64,000 nt of DNA from assembly GCA_963422645.2 (NCBI GenBank), contig CAXXVO010000004.1, positions 160,001 to 224,000 on the forward strand, read 5' to 3'. Position 1 is the first letter of the stretch, and the number at the start of each line of letters is the position of its first letter. Origin of the DNA: Alphaproteobacteria bacterium (GTDB lineage: Bacteria > Pseudomonadota > Alphaproteobacteria > UBA828). The translations under genes were made by a program, and so were the position numbers. The notes under the pieces were generated by a model, which did not search any database, was not told the DNA's origin, and was given only the letters and a program-made list of their open reading frames with translations. Below are positions 40,673-50,473 of the stretch, piece by piece.

Positions 40673-42019
40673 TCAGGCGGCCTCGGGCAGGCCGCAATTT
40701 TTCAGCGCAGCGGCCTGACGACGGTTCAGCAGAGCAGTGTCGAAGCCTTCGATCAACGCCTCGTAGAGCTGGTGCCAGTTGAGCTCGGCCTTGAGATGCA
40801 GGTAGACCGAGCCAAGGCCGATCGCCGAGCGGTCGATCAGCACGAACTCGCGCGGCGGCGTGACGCCGCCGAGGCGCCGTATCTCTCGATGGACTTTTGC
40901 CGCAACCGCGCCGCCGTAGCGGGCGTTGCCGGACTCGTCGATCATGCGGGTGCGGTCGTCCAGCAGCGGCCCGTATATGTAGTTGGCCCAAATGTTGAGC
41001 GCATCCACCATCTCGTTCGACAGGTCGGTGAAACCCCAAGTCTCGTAGGCGTGTACTGCAAGTGCGCGATTGTCGTCGCGGACCGCGTGGTAAAGGTCGA
41101 TCACGCCCTGCACGAAGCGGCCTCCGAACACGCGGATGCAGCCGTAATCGAAGAGATTGACCGTGCCGTCGGGGCGCACCGTGTAGTTGCCGAGGTGCGG
41201 GTCGCCGTGGAGCACGCCATAGCGGTAGAAGGGCACGTACCAGGCGTCGAACATGTGGCGCGCGATGGCGTTGCGCTGCTCGGCCGGGGCCTCCTTGAAG
41301 TCGAGCAGGGGGGCGCCTTCGAGCCAGTTCATGGTGAGCAGTCGCCCGGTCGACAGCCCGGCTTCCACCACCGGCACGTGAACGCTCGGATCGTCGCGCA
41401 GCATCTCGGCGTAGAGGGCCATGTGGCGGGCCTCGCGCTCGTAGTCGAGCTCTTCGCGGAGCCGCGCCGCGATCTCGGCGTGGATCTCTCCGGTGTCGAT
41501 GGCCCGGTCGTAACGGGCATAGATGGCGAAGATCAGCTTGAGCTGGCGGATGTCGGCCGCCACCGCCGACGCCATGTCCGGGTATTGCAGCTTGCAGGCG
41601 AGCGGCGCGCCGTCGTGCCCTGTGGCGCGGTGCACCTGGCCGAGGGAGGCGGCGGCGGCGGCTTCCACCTCGAACGCGGCGAAGGCCGAACGCCAGTCGG
41701 GGCCCAGTTCGCTCGCCATGCGTCGCTTGACGAAGCTCCAGCCCATCGCAGGTGCCCGCGATTGCAGGGCGCCGAGCGCGTCGGCGTACTCTTCGGGCAG
41801 GCCTCCGGGGATGGTGGCGAGCAGCTGGGCGACCTTCATCAGCGGCCCCTTGAGGCCGCCGAGGGCGCGCTTGAGCTCTTCGGCGTTGCGTTCCCGATCG
41901 GCGGGCAGGCCGAGGTAGCGCTGGCCCGCCATGCGCGCCGCGATTCCGCCCACCGAGGTACTGACCCGCGCATAGCGGCGCACCCGCCCCGTCAGCCTGT
42001 CGTCTTCGCGATCCGGCAC
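40673..42019 (-). CDS. ABC1/UbiB (AarF)-family atypical kinase
   Basis: LKGPLMKVAQ, AAAASLGQVH, KLQYP, EELDY, HGDPHLGN, DYGC. Confidence 0.92.
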   Translation of the reverse strand: MPDREDDRLTGRVRRYARVSTSVGGIAARMAGQRYLGLPADRERNAEELKRALGGLKGPLMKVAQLLATIPGGLPEEYADALGALQSRAPAMGWSFVKRRMASELGPDWRSAFAAFEVEAAAAASLGQVHRATGHDGAPLACKLQYPDMASAVAADIRQLKLIFAIYARYDRAIDTGEIHAEIAARLREELDYEREARHMALYAEMLRDDPSVHVPVVEAGLSTGRLLTMNWLEGAPLLDFKEAPAEQRNAIARHMFDAWYVPFYRYGVLHGDPHLGNYTVRPDGTVNLFDYGCIRVFGGRFVQGVIDLYHAVRDDNRALAVHAYETWGFTDLSNEMVDALNIWANYIYGPLLDDRTRMIDESGNARYGGAVAAKVHREIRRLGGVTPPREFVLIDRSAIGLGSVYLHLKAELNWHQLYEALIEGFDTALLNRRQAAALKNCGLPEAA

Positions 42020-42180
42020 GATTGGCGCCTCTGTGCTTGCTACCCGGCGGTCAGGGCCGCGTTGCGGCGCGCCACCCCATTCGATAAATCATAGCATCGA
42101 CCCTGTTTGCTGGCCGCATGGGTGCGGCAAACGCGGCGCGGGGCGGGGCGGGCCTGGCCCAGGAGCAGCGGGAGAAGCGA

Positions 42181-43194
42181 ATGCTGGAGAAATTCGAACG
42201 CTATCCGCTGACCTTCGGCCCGACGGCCATCGAGAAGCTGGATCGGCTCTCCGAGCATCTGGGCGGCGCGGTCGAGCTCTACGCCAAGCGCGACGATTGC
42301 AATTCGGGCCTCGCCTTCGGCGGCAACAAGATCCGCAAGCTCGAGTACATCGTGCCCGATGCCATCGCCTCCAATGCGGATACCCTGGTCACGATCGGCG
42401 GGGTGCAGTCGAACCACACGCGCCAGGTCGCAGCGGTCGCCGCCAAGCTCGGCATGAATTGCCGCCTGGTTCAGGAGAGCTGGGTGCCCTTCGAGGACGC
42501 CGTCTACGACCGGGTCGGGAACATCCTGATGAGCCGAGTGATGGGGGCGGAGATCGAGCTGGTCGACGAAGGCTTCGACATCGGGATTCGGGAGAGCTGG
42601 GAGCGGGCGCTCGAGGACGTGAAGGCGAAGGGCGGGAAGCCCTACGCCATTCCGGCGGGCGCCTCGGTTCACAAGTTCGGCGGGCTCGGCTACGTCGGCT
42701 TCGCCGAGGAGGTGCGAGCGCAGGAGCAAGAGCTCGGCATCAGGTTCGATTACGTCATCGTCTGCACCGTCACCGGCTCCACCCACGCCGGCATGCTGGT
42801 CGGCTTCGCGAAGGACGGCCGCGCCGACCGGGTCATCGGAATCGACGCGTCGGGAACGCCGGCACAGACCCGCGCGCAGGTGATGGAGATCGCCCGCAAC
42901 ACGGCGGAGCTGGTGGAACTCGACCGCGCCATCGCGGACGACGATCTCGTCCTGCTCGAGGACTACGCCTATCCCGCCTACGGCGTGCCCTCGGCTGAGA
43001 CCAACGACGCGATCCGCCTCGCAGGGCGCACGGAAGGGATGATGACCGACCCGGTCTATGAGGGGAAATCCTTGCAGGGCATGATCGACCTCGTGCGGAA
43101 GGGGTACTTCCCGCCGGGGTCCAGGGTTCTCTACGCCCATCTCGGCGGCGTGCCCGCCATCAACGGCTACAGCTACATTTATCGCAACGGTTAG
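42181..43194 (+). CDS. acdS: 1-aminocyclopropane-1-carboxylate deaminase
   Basis: [44 protein letters not shown] and YAHLGG (E/L residues distinguishing it from D-cysteine desulfhydrase). Confidence 0.95.
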   Translation: MLEKFERYPLTFGPTAIEKLDRLSEHLGGAVELYAKRDDCNSGLAFGGNKIRKLEYIVPDAIASNADTLVTIGGVQSNHTRQVAAVAAKLGMNCRLVQESWVPFEDAVYDRVGNILMSRVMGAEIELVDEGFDIGIRESWERALEDVKAKGGKPYAIPAGASVHKFGGLGYVGFAEEVRAQEQELGIRFDYVIVCTVTGSTHAGMLVGFAKDGRADRVIGIDASGTPAQTRAQVMEIARNTAELVELDRAIADDDLVLLEDYAYPAYGVPSAETNDAIRLAGRTEGMMTDPVYEGKSLQGMIDLVRKGYFPPGSRVLYAHLGGVPAINGYSYIYRNG

Positions 43195-43239
43195 ATTTCG
43201 TCGGCAGCGCTGCCCAACGGTTCCAAGCAGGAGAGTGTC

Positions 43240-44061
43240 ATGGCCGCTCAACGCGTCGGTGCCTATGTCGAGGTCGCCCCCGGCGTCGACATCTACTACG
43301 AGGACGAGGGGGAGGGGCCTGCGCTGGTCCTGATTCCCGGCTGGACCTTCACCACCAGGGTCTTCGACCATCAATTCGCGGCGTTTTCGGATCGCTACAG
43401 GGTGATCTCCTTCGACCCGCGTAGCCACGGCCGCTCGACCGTCACGAGCGACGGCAACAACTACGCCACGCAAGCGGCCGATCTCGCCGTGCTGCTCGAT
43501 CACCTGAAGGTCGAGACTCCGATCCTGGCGGGCTGGTCTGCCGGCTCGTTGACCGCATGGCACCACGTCCGCAATCGCGGCACGGACGGAATTCGTGGCC
43601 TCGTCTCCATCGACATGCCGCCGCTCGGGATGAGCTACGACCAGAGCGACTGGGTCGAAGGCGCGATCGATGCTCTGGCCGGGTTCTTTCAGGGGGTGCA
43701 GACTGCGCAAGGCCAGCGCGGCGTCGTCACTTGGTATGCCGACAACATCATGATCGAAGGCGAGATGTCGCCGGAGGTGACCGCCTGGATTGTCGAGCAG
43801 TCGCTCGCGACGCCGCCGCTCATCGCCGCCAATCTCATCGCCGACGTGTGCTTCGCGAACTACCTGGAGGAGGCGAAGCAGGTGGACGCGAGCATACCGT
43901 CGATCTTCTACGTCGCCGACCACTGGGCCGAGACCGCCAAGCCCTTCCTGGCCAAGCATTGCCCCAACGCGCGCGTCGAGGCCTTCGGCGGGCACATGAT
44001 GTTCTGGGAGTATCCCGAGCGGTTTAACGAGAGTTTTTCGGAGTTCCTTTCAGCCCTCTGA
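43240..44061 (+). CDS. Alpha/beta hydrolase
   Basis: IPGW, FDPRSHGRS, GWSAG nucleophile elbow, GHMMFWEYPERFN. Confidence 0.85.
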   Translation: MAAQRVGAYVEVAPGVDIYYEDEGEGPALVLIPGWTFTTRVFDHQFAAFSDRYRVISFDPRSHGRSTVTSDGNNYATQAADLAVLLDHLKVETPILAGWSAGSLTAWHHVRNRGTDGIRGLVSIDMPPLGMSYDQSDWVEGAIDALAGFFQGVQTAQGQRGVVTWYADNIMIEGEMSPEVTAWIVEQSLATPPLIAANLIADVCFANYLEEAKQVDASIPSIFYVADHWAETAKPFLAKHCPNARVEAFGGHMMFWEYPERFNESFSEFLSAL

Positions 44062-44072
44062 CCCCAACGGGG

Positions 44073-44531
44073 CTACCGCTCGACGATGGTGACGTTCCCG
44101 ATCCAGCGCTGCTTGCGGCGTGCGAGCCGGCCGGGGACATCCTCCGCCTCGTAGTCGGCGATGGGGACGGAAGCCCGGTTCACGTCAAGCGGCGGCTCCA
44201 GCAGGTTCGAGTTGAGGACCGAATAGAGGCGCCCCTCCATCTCGCAAACAGCCGCCGCGATCACGCCGCAGCGGCTGCAGACGAGGAAAGTCGCGGTCTC
44301 GTGGCCGAAGGCGTAGCGGCTCACACGGTCGGGCTCGGCCAGCGTGATCGTGAGCCGACCCGATGGTGCGGAGACGTAGAGGCTGCCGTGCTTCTGGCAG
44401 AAGCTGCAGCCGCAATGGCGCGGGGAGAGGGGGGTGTCGTCCTCCACCTCCAGCGCAACCCCGATCGCGCCGCAATGGCAGGCGCCTTCCGAAGTCTTTT
44501 CCACCAAACTCCTCCCTCCCTTCGTCGTCAC
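44073..44531 (-). CDS. GFA/CENP-V family Zn-binding protein
   Basis: GACHCGA, CGCSFCQKHG, CSRCGV. Confidence 0.85.
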   Translation of the reverse strand: MTTKGGRSLVEKTSEGACHCGAIGVALEVEDDTPLSPRHCGCSFCQKHGSLYVSAPSGRLTITLAEPDRVSRYAFGHETATFLVCSRCGVIAAAVCEMEGRLYSVLNSNLLEPPLDVNRASVPIADYEAEDVPGRLARRKQRWIGNVTIVER

Positions 44532-44626
44532 GGCGCATTTGCATCGACCCGCAATGCGTCTCTTGCGTAGCGTCGCGCATTCGCCTTATGCCCGTAAAGT
44601 CGACAATCTCGGACCGGGAGCCATCG

Positions 44627-45469
44627 ATGAGCCGCAACGACACGACGGGCGCGCCGACGCCCACCTACACCATGGGCTACGGCCCCGAGTTCCAAAAAAT
44701 GCTCGAACGCAGGAACGCGGCGGACTGCGCCGCCCATCTGCTGCCGCACCTCGAGCCCGGCATGCGCCTGCTCGACCTCGGCTGCGGCCCCGGTACGATT
44801 TCTGTGGGGCTGGCGGATGCCGTCGCGCCTGGCGAGCTGCGAGGCATCGACATGGAGGCCTCGCAGATCGAGATGGCCAGCGCGGCCGCCAAGGCCGGCG
44901 GCCACGACAACGCGGTCTTTCAAGCCGGGGATGCGACCGAGCTTCCCTTCGATGATGCGACTTTCGACGTGGCCCACTGCCACGCCCTGCTCAACCATGC
45001 TCCCCGCACGCAGGCCGTACTCGCCGAGGTGAAGCGGGTGCTGAAGCCCGGCGGTCTCTTCGCCGCGCGTGAGGTGTTCGGCGACTCGTCGTTCTTCGAG
45101 CCCGCGCGCGATCTGGGCGGCATCAGCGGCGACACGGTGTGGGCGACCTTCCTCAAGCTGCTTGCGGCCAATGGCGGCCATCCGCAGATGGGCCGCGAGC
45201 TGAAGCGCGCCTTCTTTGACGCCGGGTTCACGGACGTGCGCGCAACCGCCTCCTTCGAAACCTACGACACGGCCGGCGACCTCGCCTTTCTTCACGGCCT
45301 GATTGTCGGCTGGTTCTTCTCGCCCCTCACCATGGAAAGGGCGATGAAGCACGGGCTGGCGAGCCAGGAACAGTTCGACCGGTGGCGCAGATCACTCGAC
45401 GCTTGGGTGAACGAGCCCGGCGCATTCGCAGCCTTCGCCTGGGGTGAGGCGATCGGGCGGAAGCCCTAA
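44627..45469 (+). CDS. Class I SAM-dependent methyltransferase
   Basis: LLDLGCGPGTI, GDATELPFDDATFD, RVLKPGG. Confidence 0.9.
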   Translation: MSRNDTTGAPTPTYTMGYGPEFQKMLERRNAADCAAHLLPHLEPGMRLLDLGCGPGTISVGLADAVAPGELRGIDMEASQIEMASAAAKAGGHDNAVFQAGDATELPFDDATFDVAHCHALLNHAPRTQAVLAEVKRVLKPGGLFAAREVFGDSSFFEPARDLGGISGDTVWATFLKLLAANGGHPQMGRELKRAFFDAGFTDVRATASFETYDTAGDLAFLHGLIVGWFFSPLTMERAMKHGLASQEQFDRWRRSLDAWVNEPGAFAAFAWGEAIGRKP

Positions 45470-45479
45470 CCCTACGCGG

Positions 45480-47540
45480 CTATACCAGCGTCACGCGGTA
45501 GTTGCCGAGCGGGTCGATGACGGCTTCCGCGTCCTCGGGAACGAGGACCGTGGTTGTCGCTTCCTCGACGATGGCGGGGCCCGCGATCGTGGCACCGGGT
45601 GCGAGGTCGTTGCCGCGATAGACCGGTACCGTCTCGGGCGCATCCCGGCCGGGCAGGTGGACTTGGCGCGTGCCGTGGGGCTCGGCCGCCCCCGCCATTG
45701 CCGCGCCTTCCGCCGGTGCGAGATCGGCAGCGGCCGGTCCGATGGCCCGCACCTTCCAGGTGGTGAATTCGACCAGGTCGTTCTCGTTCTTGATCGTGTA
45801 GATGCGCTCGTGCATCCGATGGAAGCCGTCCGCCAGCCCGGCCACGTTGTCGGCGGCGAGCGCGCCGTCCGTTGTTGCGAAGGGCACCTCGATCTCCCAT
45901 GACTGATACTGGTAGCGGCCGAGATAGGCGTACTCGAAGCGCTGATCGGCTTCGGCGATGCCCGCGCGGGCGAGGAAGGCGCGGCCCCGCTCGACCAGCG
46001 TGGCCAGCACCCCGTTGACTCCCTCGACGTCGAAGCGCGCGGCGTCGGTCACCAGCGTCCCGGTCTCCTCCCACACGATGTCGGAGATCAAGCCGCCGAA
46101 GGCGCTTAAGCCGGCCGAGAATTTTGGCACCATGTAGCCCTTGATGCCGAGCACCCGCGCCATCTGGCCCATATGCACGGCGGTCGCCCCGCCGCCGGCC
46201 ACGAAGTAGCTCTCGCGCGGGTCGATCCCCTCCTGCACGGTGATGTCCTCGATGGCGGCGATCATGGTGTGATCGACCGTGCTGGCGATGGTGCCGACCG
46301 CCGCTTCCGCCGCCGCCTTGTCGAGCCGCATCCGGCCGCCGAGGAAGTAGTCGGGGTCGATGATGCCGAGCACCACGTCGGCGTCCGTCACGGTGGGCCG
46401 GGTGCCGCCAAGCCCGTAGCAGGCGGGACCGGGGTCCGCGCCCGCGCTCTCCGGCCCCACGCGGAGCAGTCCGCCCGCGTCCACGTGGGCGATGGAGCCG
46501 CCGCCCGCCCCCACCGAGCGCACGTCGACCTTGGGGATGCCCAGCATGTCGAACTCGGTCAGCATCGCTTCGGGCGATATGACGAGCTGCCCGTCCCGCA
46601 CCGCGGAGACATCGAACGAGGTGCCGCCCATGTCGACGACCACGAGATCGGGCGCGTCTGCGAGCCGCTTGGCCGCGACCGGGGCCAGCGTCGGCCCGGA
46701 CATCACGCTGTAGATCGGCCGCTCGGCGATTTCGTCCGGCGGCATCATGCCGCCCAGGCAATTCGCGATCATCAGCTCGTTGCCGTAGCCGCTCTCCCTG
46801 AGGCCCCCATCGAGCGCGTGGACGTAAGCGCTCACCACCGGCCGGAGCGCGGCGTCGATTGCGGCGGAGACGGCGCGGCGGTACTCGCGGGCGATGGGGT
46901 TGAGCCGGTGGCTGAGGGTCACTGGGATCTCGGGCCAGGCCCTCCGCACAATCTCGCCCACGCGCCGCTCGTGGTCGCCGTTCACCACCGACCAGAGCAG
47001 GCAGACCGCGACCGCCTCCACGCCGATCTTCTGGAAATCCTCGACCGCCGCGAGCACGTCGCCTTCCGCGAGCGGCGTGTGCTCCGCGCCGGCGGCATCG
47101 ATCCGCCCGCGCACGCCGCGCGTCCGAATCCGGGGCACGAAGGGCTCGGGGTAGGTGAGGCGCCAGTGGAAGGGTGGTTTGCGGGGCGCCTCGCGCAGCG
47201 TGAGAATGTCGCGGAAGCCGTGGGTGCAGATCAGCCCCACGGTCGCGTGCTTGCCTTCCAGCAGCGCGTTGGTCGAGACCGTGGTGCCGTGGACGATGCG
47301 CGCCACCCGCGCCATGAAGTCGGGGAGTTCCAGCCCGTAGCCCTCGGCCGCCAGTCCCAGCGCGTTCATGAAGCCCTGCTCGAACGCAGACGGCGTTGAC
47401 GGCGTCTTGAAGATGCGCAGACGCTGGTCCGAATCTGAGCCTTGTTCTCCGCGCGCGTCCTGCGCGACGACGCAGTCGGTAAAGGTGCCGCCGATATCGA
47501 TACAGACCCGGAAATCTCCGGGCGGGGGTGCAGCGGCCAT
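45480..47540 (-). CDS. Hydantoinase A/oxoprolinase family protein
   Basis: IDIGGTFTD, HGTTVSTNA, SGP, DMGGTSFD, GAGGGS, SAGADPGPACYG, PTVTDA. Confidence 0.92.
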   Translation of the reverse strand: MAAAPPPGDFRVCIDIGGTFTDCVVAQDARGEQGSDSDQRLRIFKTPSTPSAFEQGFMNALGLAAEGYGLELPDFMARVARIVHGTTVSTNALLEGKHATVGLICTHGFRDILTLREAPRKPPFHWRLTYPEPFVPRIRTRGVRGRIDAAGAEHTPLAEGDVLAAVEDFQKIGVEAVAVCLLWSVVNGDHERRVGEIVRRAWPEIPVTLSHRLNPIAREYRRAVSAAIDAALRPVVSAYVHALDGGLRESGYGNELMIANCLGGMMPPDEIAERPIYSVMSGPTLAPVAAKRLADAPDLVVVDMGGTSFDVSAVRDGQLVISPEAMLTEFDMLGIPKVDVRSVGAGGGSIAHVDAGGLLRVGPESAGADPGPACYGLGGTRPTVTDADVVLGIIDPDYFLGGRMRLDKAAAEAAVGTIASTVDHTMIAAIEDITVQEGIDPRESYFVAGGGATAVHMGQMARVLGIKGYMVPKFSAGLSAFGGLISDIVWEETGTLVTDAARFDVEGVNGVLATLVERGRAFLARAGIAEADQRFEYAYLGRYQYQSWEIEVPFATTDGALAADNVAGLADGFHRMHERIYTIKNENDLVEFTTWKVRAIGPAAADLAPAEGAAMAGAAEPHGTRQVHLPGRDAPETVPVYRGNDLAPGATIAGPAIVEEATTTVLVPEDAEAVIDPLGNYRVTLV

Positions 47541-49334
47541 CTAGGCCTCGGCCCCGCCCTTGCGCGCCTGCCGGAACCGTGCGGTCTCCTCCGCGTCCAC
47601 CTCGTGCGCGATGCCGTCGGCGGCGCGGCGCAGCGCAACGGCGTAGACCTCCGTCGCCTTCTCGGGGCTGAGCCAGCCGTTGTCCACCGCGCGCGCGACC
47701 GCTGCCGGATCGCGCCGCGTGGGATCGCCGTAGCCGCCGCCGGCTGTGGTGACGAAGCGGAACATCTCGCCCGGCGCGCAGCGCTCCTCGTGGAAAGAGG
47801 GGAGGGTGACGAGGGTGCCGTCGGCTGTGCGTTTCTGGTTGACCGAGGGCGCGCCGTCGCTGCCGCCGCGCACGCCCTTGGACGGGTAGGTGTCGCCGTC
47901 GCTGCAATAGACCGCGGTCATCTCGCCAGCGACGGGGCCGTATACGGCGAGCGTGCCCGGCGCGCCGTCCCACTCGCCGTGGCCGAGCGTGTCAGTGGCG
48001 AGCTCACGGCACTCGAAGTGGATGGGGAACATGCTTTCGTCCACCTCGGTAGGTGAGAGGATCTGCATGCCGCCGTCTACCGGCCCGCCGTAGGTGACCC
48101 AGCCGTCGTGGCCCGGCAGTCCCGGCCCGCCGCCGAAGCCGATGAACATCTGGTTGACGTAAGTCTGGCCGTCGCGGCGCGGGTCCTCGCCCGAGATCAC
48201 GGCGAGGCCGAGCGCCTGCTGATAGCCGCCCTCGGCCATGCCATGGGTGGGCCCAATCTGGGCGAAGCAGCAGGAGACCGCGTTGACCAGCTGGTCGGTG
48301 ACATTGGTGGTGGCGACCGAGGTGCCGACGGGATAGCGCGGCCGGCCGACGATGCAGCCATCGCGCAGTAGCACCCGGATGCGCCGCGCGCTGCCCTCGT
48401 TATGCGGGATGGTGTGGTCGATGTTGTAGAAGACGCCGGCTCGGCAGGCGGCGATGGAGCAGGTCTCGCTCAGGTTCAGTCCGCTTGGGATGCAGTCGAT
48501 ATTGTCGCGCACATCCACCGTGATCATCGCCTCGTCGGGATCGACCGTCACCTGCGCCCGGACCGGAATCCCCTCGTCGGCGACGCCCGGCAGCGGATCG
48601 TGCCGGTTCTCGTAAGACCAGGTGCCCGCCGGCAGCGTCCTGATTGCGGCGGCGGCGCGGCGCTCGCCATAGGCCATCCAGGCCTCGACGAATTCGGCGA
48701 TGGTCTCCGGCCCGTGTTTCTCGACCAGCTCCTTGATCCGGCGCTCCGCCGTGCGGCAGGCACCTACCTGGGCCAGATAGTCGCCGTACCAGAGGTCGGG
48801 CACCCGCACCTTGATCTTGGCCATGCGGATGATGTCGCGGATCTCCTTGTAGCCCCGCTCCACGCGCACACCGGGGAAGTGCAGCCCTTCCTCGTAGATG
48901 GTCTTGGCGTAAGGCAGGTAGGTCGACGGGATCGGCGCGCCGACATCGGCGTGGTGAGCGCGCGAGACGGTCCAGAAGAGCGGCTTGCCGTTGAAGAACA
49001 CCGGCACGCAGAGCGTCAGGTCCGCGTGGTGCGTGACGCCCGTGTAGGGGCAGTTGTTGAGGAAGGCGTCGCCCTCCTCGATGTCGTCGAAGAGCTCGGT
49101 GAGCGGCCGGGTCGTGAGGTCGATCGCCGCCGCGTGCACCGGGATGCACTCCTCGATGCAGACCAGCCGGTGGTCGTAGGTGAGGATGGCGCAGGACATG
49201 TCGCGCGCGATCTTGATGACGCCCGACTTGCTCGCGCGCAGCACGCCGTTGCTCATCTCGCGCAGGATGGCGCCGAAGCGGCTGGAGAGCACCGAGAGCA
49301 GCATCGGGTCGAAGTCCGGTGCTGCGGCCGACAT
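47541..49334 (-). CDS. Hydantoinase B/oxoprolinase family protein
   Basis: RDMSCA, GDAFLNNCPYTGVTHHAD, RAHHADVGA, EEGL, AGGGYGDP; start uncertain. Confidence 0.9.
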   Translation of the reverse strand: MSAAAPDFDPMLLSVLSSRFGAILREMSNGVLRASKSGVIKIARDMSCAILTYDHRLVCIEECIPVHAAAIDLTTRPLTELFDDIEEGDAFLNNCPYTGVTHHADLTLCVPVFFNGKPLFWTVSRAHHADVGAPIPSTYLPYAKTIYEEGLHFPGVRVERGYKEIRDIIRMAKIKVRVPDLWYGDYLAQVGACRTAERRIKELVEKHGPETIAEFVEAWMAYGERRAAAAIRTLPAGTWSYENRHDPLPGVADEGIPVRAQVTVDPDEAMITVDVRDNIDCIPSGLNLSETCSIAACRAGVFYNIDHTIPHNEGSARRIRVLLRDGCIVGRPRYPVGTSVATTNVTDQLVNAVSCCFAQIGPTHGMAEGGYQQALGLAVISGEDPRRDGQTYVNQMFIGFGGGPGLPGHDGWVTYGGPVDGGMQILSPTEVDESMFPIHFECRELATDTLGHGEWDGAPGTLAVYGPVAGEMTAVYCSDGDTYPSKGVRGGSDGAPSVNQKRTADGTLVTLPSFHEERCAPGEMFRFVTTAGGGYGDPTRRDPAAVARAVDNGWLSPEKATEVYAVALRRAADGIAHEVDAEETARFRQARKGGAEA

Positions 49335-49515
49335 GGTGCCGCCGCCGACGGTGATCGTATCGGATGCGGGGGAGGGCAGGTCTTCCATGGCGGCTATCCC
49401 CGAAGGGCCGGCACGGGCTGCGCCGGGCGCTGGCGAGCTTGCCAAATTCTCGCCGCGGCGTCCATCGGGCCAGCCCGCATCCGGGATTCAGCGGGATAAA
49501 ACGGGATCGTGTTGG

Positions 49516-50352
49516 CTAGGTGCGGTGCTCGGTCAGGCCCGTGCCCTGGTAGACGATGCGGCGGTGATTGAGTTCCGTGCGCTTGTGGAACTCGACCGTG
49601 ACCGGGTCGAAATCGCGGGCCGGCGTCGGCTCGTGCTCGAAGTAGCCGAACCTGTCCTCGCCTCTGACCAGGGTCGCGCTGTCCCAGTCGGAAAGAGTCT
49701 GACGCGCGTCGGGCGGCATGTAGCGAATGGCGATCCCGATGCGCCGGTCGTCGCTGCGGTTGGGGTGAGAGGCATGCGCGAGGCGGTACGCGAAGAGCGC
49801 CGCCTCGCCGGTGCCGACCTCCATGTTGACGGCTTCGGCTTCGTCGATCCCCGCGCTGATCTCCTGGCCGCGGGACAGCATGTTGTCGTCGTGCCAGGTC
49901 TCGCGGTGCGGCAGCCTGGGGCCGAGGTGGCTGCCGGGCATGAAGCGCATGCAGCCGCTCTCCACCGTCGCCGGCGAGAGGGCCACCCACGCGCTGACCA
50001 GGTGGTCCGTATCCAGGCCCCAGTAATTGCTGTCCTGATGCCACGAGACGTACTGGGGCGAGTGCGGCTCCTTGATCCACCATTGGCTGGTCCAGCAAAT
50101 GATGTTGGGGCCGATGAGGTCCTCCACCGCATCCAGAATGCGGGGGTTGCGGACCAGGTCCGTCATCCAGCGCAGGAGCAGATGGCCCTTGATGCGAAAT
50201 GTGCCCTTGAGAGGTCCTCCGTGTTCCGACTCCAGGCACTCCAGCGCGCCGCGCATCGCGGCCGCTTCACCCGGCTCGAACAGGCTAAAGGGCTTGCAGT
50301 AGCCGTCCCGCCTGTACTGCTCGATCGCAGCCTGTGTCAGCACCTTGGGCAT
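49516..50352 (-). CDS. Phytanoyl-CoA dioxygenase (PhyH) family Fe/2-oxoglutarate enzyme
   Basis: WHQD, WVALS, GCMRFMPGSH, HASHPN, RRIGIAIRY. Confidence 0.9.
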   Translation of the reverse strand: MPKVLTQAAIEQYRRDGYCKPFSLFEPGEAAAMRGALECLESEHGGPLKGTFRIKGHLLLRWMTDLVRNPRILDAVEDLIGPNIICWTSQWWIKEPHSPQYVSWHQDSNYWGLDTDHLVSAWVALSPATVESGCMRFMPGSHLGPRLPHRETWHDDNMLSRGQEISAGIDEAEAVNMEVGTGEAALFAYRLAHASHPNRSDDRRIGIAIRYMPPDARQTLSDWDSATLVRGEDRFGYFEHEPTPARDFDPVTVEFHKRTELNHRRIVYQGTGLTEHRT

Positions 50353-50473
50353 CGCACTTGTTTCTCCGGAATCGGCACGAATGGCAACCCCCACGAACAC
50401 GCGCACGTTCGGCTCCAGCACGGGCCGCCGACGCACAAGGGGTCAGGTCATCGGGCGCGGCAAGGAAGCCGGG

